A DNA stretch of 64,000 bases, from positions 1,280,001 to 1,344,000 of the forward strand of contig BK006938.2 of NCBI GenBank assembly GCA_000146045.2, read 5' to 3'. Position numbers and translations under genes: made by a program. Positions 9,406-18,431 of this stretch are shown one piece after another. A model generated the notes under the pieces. That model had not been told where the DNA came from. It worked only from the letters and a program-made list of their open reading frames with translations, and searched no databases. This DNA comes from TPA_inf: Saccharomyces. Its lineage: Eukaryota. The first letter of the stretch is position 1. Each line of letters begins with the position of its first letter.

Positions 9406-12120
9406 ATGATAAATTTAGAGGATTACTGGGAAGATGAAACGCCTGGGCCTGATAGGGAACCGACTAATGAACTAAGAAACGAGGTGGAGGAAACCATCAC
9501 TCTGATGGAACTGCTGAAAGTGTCCGAATTGAAGGATATTTGCAGGTCTGTATCTTTCCCGGTTTCCGGTCGCAAGGCCGTTCTACAGGACCTTATCAGG
9601 AATTTCTTGCAGAACGCTTTAGTAGTAGGCAAGTCTGATCCTTATAGAGTTCAAGCCGTTAAATTTCTGATAGAACGGATCAGAAAGAATGAACCTTTGC
9701 CTGTTTATAAAGATCTTTGGAACGCTTTAAGAAAGGGTACCCCATTGAGTGCTATCACAGTACGTTCTATGGAGGGGCCTCCCACGGTGCAGCAGCAATC
9801 ACCTTCCGTTATTAGGCAGTCTCCCACTCAACGGCGGAAAACGTCTACCACATCTTCCACATCTCGTGCACCACCACCTACAAATCCAGATGCCTCTTCT
9901 TCTTCATCATCTTTTGCTGTACCGACAATTCATTTTAAAGAGTCTCCATTTTACAAAATACAAAGGCTAATCCCTGAATTAGTGATGAACGTGGAAGTCA
10001 CAGGCGGAAGAGGTATGTGCTCTGCGAAATTTAAATTGTCCAAAGCAGACTATAATCTATTAAGTAACCCGAATAGCAAACACAGGCTATACTTATTTTC
10101 TGGGATGATTAATCCATTAGGATCCCGAGGTAATGAACCCATCCAATTTCCATTCCCAAATGAATTAAGGTGCAATAATGTTCAAATCAAAGATAATATA
10201 AGAGGTTTCAAGAGTAAGCCGGGCACAGCTAAGCCGGCGGATTTAACGCCTCATCTCAAACCTTATACTCAACAAAACAATGTGGAGCTGATATATGCCT
10301 TCACCACGAAGGAATACAAGCTATTTGGGTACATTGTAGAAATGATCACTCCGGAGCAACTCCTGGAAAAAGTATTACAGCATCCAAAAATTATTAAACA
10401 AGCCACGTTACTTTACTTGAAAAAAACACTTCGGGAGGATGAAGAAATGGGCTTGACTACCACATCTACTATCATGAGTCTGCAATGTCCAATTTCGTAC
10501 ACAAGAATGAAATACCCTTCAAAATCAATAAATTGTAAGCATCTGCAATGTTTTGATGCATTATGGTTCCTACACTCCCAACTACAAATTCCTACGTGGC
10601 AATGCCCAGTATGTCAAATTGATATAGCTTTGGAAAATTTAGCAATTTCCGAATTTGTTGATGACATTTTACAGAACTGTCAAAAAAACGTTGAACAGGT
10701 AGAACTTACTTCTGATGGTAAGTGGACAGCCATATTGGAAGACGATGATGACAGCGACAGTGACAGCAATGATGGTAGTAGAAGCCCAGAAAAAGGTACT
10801 TCAGTATCGGATCATCATTGTTCTTCTTCACATCCAAGTGAACCGATTATCATAAATCTCGATAGTGATGATGACGAACCAAATGGAAATAATCCTCATG
10901 TTACTAATAATCATGATGATAGCAACAGGCATAGTAATGATAACAATAATAATAGTATCAAAAATAATGATAGTCATAATAAAAATAATAATAATAATAA
11001 TAATAACAATAATAATAATAATGATAATAATAATAGTATCGAAAATAATGATAGTAATAGTAATAATAAACATGATCATGGTAGTCGCAGTAATACTCCC
11101 AGTCATAATCATACTAAAAATTTAATGAACGATAATGATGACGATGATGATGATCGACTTATGGCGGAAATAACTAGCAATCACCTTAAAAGTACTAATA
11201 CAGATATTCTAACTGAAAAAGGTTCAAGTGCACCCTCGAGAACCCTGGATCCAAAAAGTTATAACATAGTTGCTTCAGAAACTACTACTCCGGTGACAAA
11301 CAGGGTTATTCCTGAGTACCTCGGAAACAGTTCCAGTTATATTGGTAAACAATTGCCGAACATTCTGGGAAAAACGCCTTTAAATGTGACTGCTGTTGAT
11401 AATTCATCCCACTTAATCTCTCCAGATGTTAGCGTATCATCCCCAACGCCAAGAAACACCGCTTCAAATGCAAGTTCGAGCGCTCTCAGTACCCCTCCCT
11501 TAATAAGAATGAGTTCATTAGATCCCAGGGGATCCACTGTTCCCGATAAAACAATAAGGCCTCCCATAAATTCCAACAGTTATACTGCATCGATATCAGA
11601 TTCATTTGTCCAGCCTCAAGAATCTTCAGTTTTTCCACCACGTGAACAGAATATGGATATGTCCTTTCCTTCCACCGTGAACTCAAGATTTAATGATCCA
11701 CGTTTGAATACCACAAGATTCCCTGATTCAACATTGCGTGGGGCAACTATTTTGTCGAATAATGGGCTTGATCAAAGGAATAACTCTCTACCAACAACAG
11801 AAGCAATCACGAGGAATGACGTCGGGCGACAAAATTCTACGCCTGTACTTCCCACGTTGCCCCAGAACGTCCCAATTCGTACAAACTCTAACAAGTCTGG
11901 GCTTCCTTTGATAAACAATGAAAACAGTGTCCCCAATCCTCCCAACACTGCAACCATACCGTTGCAGAAGTCCAGACTCATTGTAAATCCATTCATTCCA
12001 AGGAGGCCTTACTCTAATGTACTGCCCCAAAAAAGACAACTTTCTAATACATCCTCAACTTCACCCATAATGGGTACATGGAAAACGCAAGATTATGGAA
12101 AGAAATACAACAGTGGTTAA
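9406..12120 (+). CDS. SIZ1: SUMO E3 ligase with SAP, PINIT and SP-RING domains (904 aa)
   Basis: The track M at 9382 is a GTG, and the first ATG at 9406 gives MINLEDYWEDETPG. An SP-RING is present: CPISYTRMKYPSKSINCKHLQCFDALWFLHSQLQIPTWQCPVCQ. The C-terminal half is Ser/Asn-rich with a long poly-Asn run. Confidence 0.92.
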   Translation: MINLEDYWEDETPGPDREPTNELRNEVEETITLMELLKVSELKDICRSVSFPVSGRKAVLQDLIRNFLQNALVVGKSDPYRVQAVKFLIERIRKNEPLPVYKDLWNALRKGTPLSAITVRSMEGPPTVQQQSPSVIRQSPTQRRKTSTTSSTSRAPPPTNPDASSSSSSFAVPTIHFKESPFYKIQRLIPELVMNVEVTGGRGMCSAKFKLSKADYNLLSNPNSKHRLYLFSGMINPLGSRGNEPIQFPFPNELRCNNVQIKDNIRGFKSKPGTAKPADLTPHLKPYTQQNNVELIYAFTTKEYKLFGYIVEMITPEQLLEKVLQHPKIIKQATLLYLKKTLREDEEMGLTTTSTIMSLQCPISYTRMKYPSKSINCKHLQCFDALWFLHSQLQIPTWQCPVCQIDIALENLAISEFVDDILQNCQKNVEQVELTSDGKWTAILEDDDDSDSDSNDGSRSPEKGTSVSDHHCSSSHPSEPIIINLDSDDDEPNGNNPHVTNNHDDSNRHSNDNNNNSIKNNDSHNKNNNNNNNNNNNNNDNNNSIENNDSNSNNKHDHGSRSNTPSHNHTKNLMNDNDDDDDDRLMAEITSNHLKSTNTDILTEKGSSAPSRTLDPKSYNIVASETTTPVTNRVIPEYLGNSSSYIGKQLPNILGKTPLNVTAVDNSSHLISPDVSVSSPTPRNTASNASSSALSTPPLIRMSSLDPRGSTVPDKTIRPPINSNSYTASISDSFVQPQESSVFPPREQNMDMSFPSTVNSRFNDPRLNTTRFPDSTLRGATILSNNGLDQRNNSLPTTEAITRNDVGRQNSTPVLPTLPQNVPIRTNSNKSGLPLINNENSVPNPPNTATIPLQKSRLIVNPFIPRRPYSNVLPQKRQLSNTSSTSPIMGTWKTQDYGKKYNSG
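10850..11160 (+). repeat. coding (AAT/GAT)n low-complexity tract encoding poly-Asn/Asp within SIZ1
   Basis: The tract is made of AAT/AAC/GAT trinucleotide runs encoding, for example, NNNNNNNNNNNNDNNN. Both antisense and the shifted sense frame lack stops, producing the artefactual Ile-rich track ORFs 10828..11112(-) and 10865..11125(+). Confidence 0.85.
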
Positions 12121-12371
12121 AAACGAGGCTAAAATTGGACGGTTCCGTCCAGCTCTTTCATGAAATATTTTCTTTGTAATTGTGCATATGACCTTCATTT
12201 TCTATAATTTTCCGTTCGAAAAAGAAATATTTTCTTCTTTTCAATACTCAAAGGCAATATCACTGTTTGCATTCCCCTAGCATTTATTACCTACCAAATA
12301 CAGATGCACAAGATTAGATAAAATCTTACATAACACAAAAATCCAGTCCATAACTAACACAATCATTACTA

Positions 12372-13091
12372 TTATATAAAAGGTATTCCGACACCAACCT
12401 TATTCTTGTATTCTATGTATTCCGCGCTAAAGAACTCTATCAAATATTTTTCTTCCACACGAATTCTATCACTGAAAAATTTCCAAAGTACAAAAATGAA
12501 AATAACCAATGATAGGGGATTTAGAAGCAGTAGCTGAGTGCCAATTGCCCACCAAAAGAACCCAAGATAACTTGGATGTCTTGACCAGGAGTAAACGCCA
12601 GTTTTCACTAAAACATGATCGGACTCCTTCTTGGTCTTCACAATATGAGAAAAGGAATGTCCCGCAGTATGCATAGCAATAGTTCTGGTATATTGTCCCA
12701 GAATAACTAGAAGACATCCAAGTACTGTACAAAGCTTGGTAGCTAGAGAGTAGCTAAAAATTTTCAGATCAGGAAAAAGAAAGCTTTCTACGAGGCATTC
12801 CAGAATAGCAAAGGAATGTGCCGCCATGTAACTTTTGCCGTTGTTCAGAAGAAAGGACTCTGAATGTACCTTAAGAGGATTGTATTTAGCTGTAATATAA
12901 TACTCCAAAAAATGGAATAAGGACAGGGCAATAATAAAGAGGTTAAAATTCTTGAATCTAATTTGTGGAAAAAGACCAACAAATATACCTAAAAGAATCC
13001 CCAGTATGTAGGAAGTCATGGTCACCTCATGCAGCGGATTGCGTCTGATGTCTGGATACTCATGCTCGTCTTCTTGAAAATCTTGGTGCAT
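12372..13091 (-). CDS. STE14: prenylcysteine carboxyl methyltransferase (ICMT), 239 aa
   Basis: The track start at 13163 is a GTG. The ATG at 13089-13091 gives MHQDFQEDEHEYPDIRRNPLHE. It is a multi-TM protein with the ICMT C-terminal motif region HVLVKTGVYSWSRHPSYLGFFWW...EEKYL. Confidence 0.9.
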   Translation of the reverse strand: MHQDFQEDEHEYPDIRRNPLHEVTMTSYILGILLGIFVGLFPQIRFKNFNLFIIALSLFHFLEYYITAKYNPLKVHSESFLLNNGKSYMAAHSFAILECLVESFLFPDLKIFSYSLATKLCTVLGCLLVILGQYTRTIAMHTAGHSFSHIVKTKKESDHVLVKTGVYSWSRHPSYLGFFWWAIGTQLLLLNPLSLVIFIFVLWKFFSDRIRVEEKYLIEFFSAEYIEYKNKVGVGIPFI

Positions 13092-13368
13092 GTTGTGTTC
13101 AAAAACGGTGACCACAATGAAAGAGGAGGTAAAAAGAGTAATTATCTTGAAATCGATTTTCACTTTCTTATATAATTCATCAACACGAGAACCTTTCTAT
13201 ATACTGGTGGTATCATGTAAAGAATTGTTTTACCATAGTGGCCCATTTGTCAATTCGTCTTGAGTGATGTTTCATTATCAATCGGTTGCTATGCCAACGA
13301 AAATACTATGTCAGACTCTCTTGATGTATATAATGAATGGCAAAGTACATAGAAATAGATAAAAGTTG

Positions 13369-14394
13369 TTATTGTGAGTCGGAGGGGCTGTTTGTTTGTC
13401 CTACTCGTTGGCCGCGGCCTTGAAATTGGTTCAAATTCGATGGGCCACTTCTTAATTGACTTCCAGAAGCTCTGCCTGAATCTGTGCCACTGGTTTGAGA
13501 CAATGTTGCAGGGGCCGTACCCAATCGTTGACCTCTTCCACTAAAAGTTCTCGTTTCTCTTTGCGAAGATGGCACATTGGCAAAGTTGTTGTTGAATGTT
13601 GCAGTTTCATTGTGGGCACCCGTTATGCGAGCATATAGACTAGTAAACCACCATGGCGTTGAGAATTTCCCATTGGGCGAGATTCCGTAGGTTGGATCAG
13701 CTTTTCTGGATATCATCCCCCATATTGGCCCCAGTGTATGGGTATCTAAGCATGTATAAAGGTACCCTGTAGTAAAACCGATCAATGAGATTACGAAATC
13801 ACCCTCATTAAAAACGAAAGAGATAAACAATTGAATTAAGGGGAAGTACTTCCCCCAAACAGGAATCAAACCATAAAACATGATCTGCACGTTGGCATTG
13901 TCGATCGACCAAGTATATGTAATGCATGATATGAACCCAGAGGTGAGCACAACAGGGTAGTAGGACCCATAAATGATTGTAGTGGCCGTAGTGATGGCTA
14001 GTATACAAAAGCACAGGTAGTAGGCATAGTCTACTGTTACCATCGGTCCTCGTCTATTGGACAAACCGGGACCAAAATGCCCTCGCTCCAACTGTGAGGA
14101 CCTGTCATAAATACTATATAGTTCCATTAGCGCAGGCATGGCACGAGACGAAAGCATTACACAAGAAGTAAGAAGTCTCCATATCTGAACCTTCTTGAAC
14201 GTCAAATTCCAAACATAAATAAAGTACCACGGATTGATTAGATTCAACCGGCCGACGATCGTCATAACGATCGCTAGAGTAAATAAAGTTCTTGTTATTG
14301 GGGGGATATTTAACCAGAATTCTTTTGGGCCCATCACATCATTATTACGGCCTCCATTTCCATGTAATGTACGCACATTCCTTGGGCCTGCCAT
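13369..14394 (-). CDS. DFM1: Der1-like rhomboid-pseudoprotease ER membrane protein with two C-terminal SHP boxes (341 aa)
   Basis: The ORF starts at a genuine ATG (MAGPRNVRTLHG). It has four TM segments of the Derlin fold and two FxGxGQRxG Cdc48-binding SHP motifs near the C-terminus (FSGRGQRLG and FQGRGQRVG). Confidence 0.9.
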   Translation of the reverse strand: MAGPRNVRTLHGNGGRNNDVMGPKEFWLNIPPITRTLFTLAIVMTIVGRLNLINPWYFIYVWNLTFKKVQIWRLLTSCVMLSSRAMPALMELYSIYDRSSQLERGHFGPGLSNRRGPMVTVDYAYYLCFCILAITTATTIIYGSYYPVVLTSGFISCITYTWSIDNANVQIMFYGLIPVWGKYFPLIQLFISFVFNEGDFVISLIGFTTGYLYTCLDTHTLGPIWGMISRKADPTYGISPNGKFSTPWWFTSLYARITGAHNETATFNNNFANVPSSQRETRTFSGRGQRLGTAPATLSQTSGTDSGRASGSQLRSGPSNLNQFQGRGQRVGQTNSPSDSQ

Positions 14395-14554
14395 TATTTC
14401 CTCGAAAATAGTTTTTGATTTGACTTGGAAATGCGGAATTCACTGGTAATTTGTTGTATTTTGCCTTATATCCTTTGTTTGATACTCTTGTCTTATATTG
14501 AAGAGGACACGATTTCATGAGCCGCGAACGGGTAAGTAGGGACTTTTCACATTT

Positions 14555-14576
14555 GAAATTTTTCAAATGTGATGAG
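14555..14576 (+). promoter_or_regulatory. RRPE (AAAATTTTT-type) plus PAC (GATGAG) ribosome-biogenesis promoter elements upstream of RRP17
   Basis: gaaatttttcaaatgtgatgaggatc lies about 120-140 bp upstream of the RRP17 ATG. GAAATTTTTC matches RRPE and GATGAG is the PAC core. This spacing and orientation are typical of Ribi-regulon genes. Confidence 0.6.
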
Positions 14577-14692
14577 GATCGATTCTGCAAAGCAGCAGAT
14601 AATAGCAGATAAAAAATAGAGAGTTGCAATATTCAAGTTCCTGGTAGCTGCTCGAATCAAGAGGGGTGAATTAAAGGTTTTCGATTTTTGCT

Positions 14693-15400
14693 ATGGCTGT
14701 TCACACCAATAGGCAAATCCTTACAAGAGGCAAAAACTATGCTACAAAGCAATCAAAGAAATTCGGTACCGATGAGGTGACGTTCGACAAGGATTCTCGT
14801 TTGGATTATCTGACTGGCTTTCACAAGAGAAAGCTTCAAAGACAAAAGAAAGCACAAGAGTTTATTAAGGAGCAGGAAAGGCTTAGAAAAATTGAAGAAA
14901 GACAGAAGATTCGGCAGGAACGTAAGGAGGTGATGGAAGAACAGTTAAAGACGTTTAAAGAGAGTTTAAACTTGGAAGCTGAGATAGAGGATGCGAAAAA
15001 TGATAAGACGGAGGATTTGCAGGTAGAATCTGATGAATCCTGGCACGGGTTTGATTCTGATAAAGATGACGGCGATAACGACAATAATGAAAGTAGCGTA
15101 AAGCCTATTTTGAAGAAAGGAGCAATCACGGAAATATACGATGACTCAACTACTGTTGAATTGGAGACATTGGAACCCAATGATAACTTTGAATATTTAG
15201 CCCAGCTAAATAATGTCAAATTAGAAAAGGCAGAAAAAGTACTCAAACAAAGCATAAATAGAGCCACCAAATACGCGAAGTTTCTGGGCGTGGATGAGAA
15301 ACAAAAGAAGAAGCCAAGAGTAAAAAAGTTCAGATATTTGACCAAAAATGAACGAAGAATAAACCAAAGAAAGGCAAACGACAACAAGCGTAGGAGATAA
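14693..15400 (+). CDS. RRP17: Lys/Glu-rich nucleolar 60S-biogenesis factor (5' exonuclease family), 235 aa
   Basis: The 235-codon ORF begins MAVHTNRQILTRGKNYATKQSKKFGTDEVTFDKD and has a charged coiled-coil-like centre. Its location between DFM1 and ERD1 matches chromosome IV. Confidence 0.8.
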   Translation: MAVHTNRQILTRGKNYATKQSKKFGTDEVTFDKDSRLDYLTGFHKRKLQRQKKAQEFIKEQERLRKIEERQKIRQERKEVMEEQLKTFKESLNLEAEIEDAKNDKTEDLQVESDESWHGFDSDKDDGDNDNNESSVKPILKKGAITEIYDDSTTVELETLEPNDNFEYLAQLNNVKLEKAEKVLKQSINRATKYAKFLGVDEKQKKKPRVKKFRYLTKNERRINQRKANDNKRRR

Positions 15401-15597
15401 TGCAGTCGCATTATCGTCGGGCACCGCCTGGGGTTTCTTGACGCTCAAACAGTGTTTGATTTTTTTTTGGAAAAGTATATACTGTGCATATGTATTTTTC
15501 GTTTATTATATGTAATATATCGAATAAACCATTCTACGGGGAAAATAGAACAAATATTTACAGCATTTGCATGATTTTATATGGCTTGCCCAACAAA

Positions 15598-16686
15598 TTA
15601 TTTGCTTGCAAACTTAATATAATACTCTGCGTCCAATTTGAAAACGACCCATATGCCTCTTCTAATTACTTCGAAATACTGCATTTCGCCTTGGAAAAAA
15701 ATGTAGTCGCTATCTGCGGCAACTAATTTCAGATTCTGCGATAAATATACCCATAGCCACCAGAACCTCAGCAAAAAGTCAACGAGAATCGCCGAATGAT
15801 ACATTTTTTTCTTTAATGTGACGGCACTTTTGGATCTGGATCTTAAAGAGGTTAACGAGTCCAATGACCAATCCATCCTTACATCCCAAAATAACGTATA
15901 GGAAGAATTAATTAGCATAAACCATCTTTGAACGTGGTGTAGTCTTTCTTCGTTGATGGATCCCTCATACACTCTTGATCTCCAGGTGCAAAAAAGAATG
16001 GGAAGATTACAACTGTATTTCAATGCATTGAATAGTAAAGTTGCTTCGTGCAGTAAACGGTATTCTCTCAAACACTGCAGTAGTCTTACCAGTACAGGAA
16101 GAAGGGCTACGGATAGATCAAAATGTGTGAAGGGTTCTCTAAAAATTAGAGAGGTAAACAATGTGAAGTCTATCAATGGTTTTGCAAACGATGTCAACGT
16201 GTCAGAGATTAAAATGTAGGTATTCCTTAAGGAACGGGGGGAGGATTCTATCAACAAACATCTCCTAGTACAATATTTTATTATCTGGCACTCTTTCAAC
16301 AGAAACCAAAATATAGTGACACATTGGATCAATGGTAGAAAATATACGATGAGAATGATATTTTTGAGTGGACCTTCTATAATATTCATGAACTCAAAAA
16401 GGAACACAGTGGCAAAGTGGAACGGTATAATAATCCTTGTTATCTTCAAAGCAAAATTTCTAGCTGTTCTATGCAATTGCTGTAGAGTATAACCTGGACG
16501 TATATCGTGCGGTACTCTCGTGAGTATGACTTGGGATACGTCTAAATTACTATGCAAGAAGAATTTTAATATCCATGTCCAGATCCAAAGGGCAAGTATT
16601 ATGAGCACAATAAATCGCTGCGGAGGGGGAACATTTAATATATTTTGGAGATAAAGTCCTTCAGAATTACTTTCGCTTTTCTCCAT
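15598..16686 (-). CDS. ERD1: EXS-domain polytopic membrane protein required for ER-protein retention (362 aa)
   Basis: The ORF starts at a genuine ATG (MEKSESNSEG) and encodes a multi-TM protein whose C-terminal EXS-like region contains WVVFKLDAEYYIKFASK. Size and position match ERD1. Confidence 0.82.
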   Translation of the reverse strand: MEKSESNSEGLYLQNILNVPPPQRFIVLIILALWIWTWILKFFLHSNLDVSQVILTRVPHDIRPGYTLQQLHRTARNFALKITRIIIPFHFATVFLFEFMNIIEGPLKNIILIVYFLPLIQCVTIFWFLLKECQIIKYCTRRCLLIESSPRSLRNTYILISDTLTSFAKPLIDFTLFTSLIFREPFTHFDLSVALLPVLVRLLQCLREYRLLHEATLLFNALKYSCNLPILFCTWRSRVYEGSINEERLHHVQRWFMLINSSYTLFWDVRMDWSLDSLTSLRSRSKSAVTLKKKMYHSAILVDFLLRFWWLWVYLSQNLKLVAADSDYIFFQGEMQYFEVIRRGIWVVFKLDAEYYIKFASK

Positions 16687-17036
16687 ATTTTGCGGCCCAA
16701 CTTGTTGCAGAATTGAAAACTTTGTATAATACTAATAATAATTTATAATAATAACAATAATAATTTATAACAATAATAACAATGCCAAACAATTTATATG
16801 GGTAACCAGTTTTTGGTACTGTTTGCCATCAATATTGCGACTAAATCGGGAGCGGTTAGCGCTGGCTTGCACTTTTTGCAACTGACTCTATTTCTTTCAT
16901 TGATTATGTTATTTTCAGATGACGAAATACGCCAAAAAAATTCGGGAAATAAATACTAGCGTGATATCGGTTTAGGTATATTACAAAAGAACACCAAGGT
17001 AAGGCATCATTAGTTATGTATGCATATTACTGACTT

Positions 17037-18161
17037 TTACCAAGCGGACCATGACCCGAGTTCAATGATTACCCCTAATACAATTTTTGTGTGTTCCGCC
17101 ATATGAGCGAGACTTAATCTGTCCAAAGTATCCATGGTGCTGTGAATATACTTGTTAGTCTTTTTGAACTCACTTTCAATCACGAAGGAGCCTGGAAATC
17201 CGTTTCTGGTGGCACTCCCATGATCGCTACAAGCATAGCCACATTGTGTATCCCTGTAAGGAATGGATAGATAAGAGTTGATAATTAGTTTTATAAAATC
17301 AGTTAATGCGGGAGTAGTGTAGTCGGTGACAATCCCCACATGTTCATCTTCTGGATCAGAAACATATCCCGTCATGTCTTGCTGAAGCATCGCTCTCACA
17401 TGCTTTTTCTGTTTGGCATAAGCTGTAAAAACATCAAGAGAACCCAACAATCCCCCCTCTTCGGCGGAATAAAAGTGAAATTCCACAGTGTTGTTAGGTC
17501 TAAATCCTCTCTTCAAAAAATTTTCCGTATATAATCTGAGAGCCTCCATATTAGTCACCGTGCCTGACCCATTGTCGTCCGCACCTGGAGCTGCCATTAT
17601 GGATGGCAGTAGCAGATTGATAGAATCTTGATGAGAACCAATTATTATAATATCTTCTGGCGTAGTAGATCCCGTGACACGGACTATAATTGAATATTGC
17701 TTCCATTCTTTGTGATCAAAATGTTCAATAGTCAACGTATCTTGCGGAATATCTTTTGTAATATTAGCGATAGTTGCAGCTAACCACTCGGCAGATTCAA
17801 AGCCGTGATCGGACTTGTAGTAACGGGTGTAAAAACTTGTAAACTTTGCCAAGTTCTTGTGCATAGAGCCCTTGTCTATATTCTTAATCGAATCATCCAC
17901 TACTTCTTTGTTCGATATCTCAGGAGGATAGTTATACGTTGGTACTGTTGGCTCTTCCTCCTTGTTAAAGAAAGGTAAGAAAGAAGTGTGTTTGGTCACA
18001 TCAAAGAATTTGACACCTCTTCTTCGTAAGTTTAGCTTTTCTGATTCGGGAACCTCCATTACCTCATTCTCTCCTACTTGTAAAACCCTTAAAGGCTCAT
18101 ATGGATATGACCATGCGATGATGGCAACATTAAATAAAACAAAAAGCGACTGTATCCTCAT
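17037..18161 (-). CDS. secreted/vacuolar M28-family zinc aminopeptidase-like protein (374 aa)
   Basis: An N-terminal signal-like segment MRIQSLFVLFNVAIIAWS is followed by the M28 metal-ligand motifs HQDS, APGADDNGSG and FHFYSAEEGGLLGS. This corresponds to the uncharacterised YDR415C. Confidence 0.8.
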   Translation of the reverse strand: MRIQSLFVLFNVAIIAWSYPYEPLRVLQVGENEVMEVPESEKLNLRRRGVKFFDVTKHTSFLPFFNKEEEPTVPTYNYPPEISNKEVVDDSIKNIDKGSMHKNLAKFTSFYTRYYKSDHGFESAEWLAATIANITKDIPQDTLTIEHFDHKEWKQYSIIVRVTGSTTPEDIIIIGSHQDSINLLLPSIMAAPGADDNGSGTVTNMEALRLYTENFLKRGFRPNNTVEFHFYSAEEGGLLGSLDVFTAYAKQKKHVRAMLQQDMTGYVSDPEDEHVGIVTDYTTPALTDFIKLIINSYLSIPYRDTQCGYACSDHGSATRNGFPGSFVIESEFKKTNKYIHSTMDTLDRLSLAHMAEHTKIVLGVIIELGSWSAW

Positions 18162-18431
18162 ATTGTGCTAATCAGCGGTTGATTATGTTACTTACTTTTT
18201 CGAATAAAGATTTTGTATTTCTTTAGCTTCGAAGATTGATAATTATTGAATATCAAGTTTCAGTTTACTATAGCGGTCCGAACATATGAAAGATTTTAGT
18301 AAAGACGCTGGCAAGCTTTTCAGTCAAAATAATACAAAAGGAAATAGATAGAAAAAAAGGAAATAATCAGGCCTCCATATTGGACTCAACTATCCTTCAG
18401 TACCGCAAAACTTATTGTGTCCATATATCCT

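Noticed and set aside
10828-11125. Ile-rich ORFs antisense to, or frame-shifted within, SIZ1
   Set aside because: They are an artefact of the (AAT)n poly-Asn tract; antisense ATT gives Ile.
14836-15448. 191-aa and 75-aa ORFs antisense to RRP17 (YDR413C-like)
   Set aside because: The Lys/Glu-rich sense codons (AAG/GAA) give a stop-free Phe/Leu/Ser-rich antisense frame with low-complexity composition and no motif. This matches a dubious ORF, and RRP17 on the sense strand is the coherent gene.
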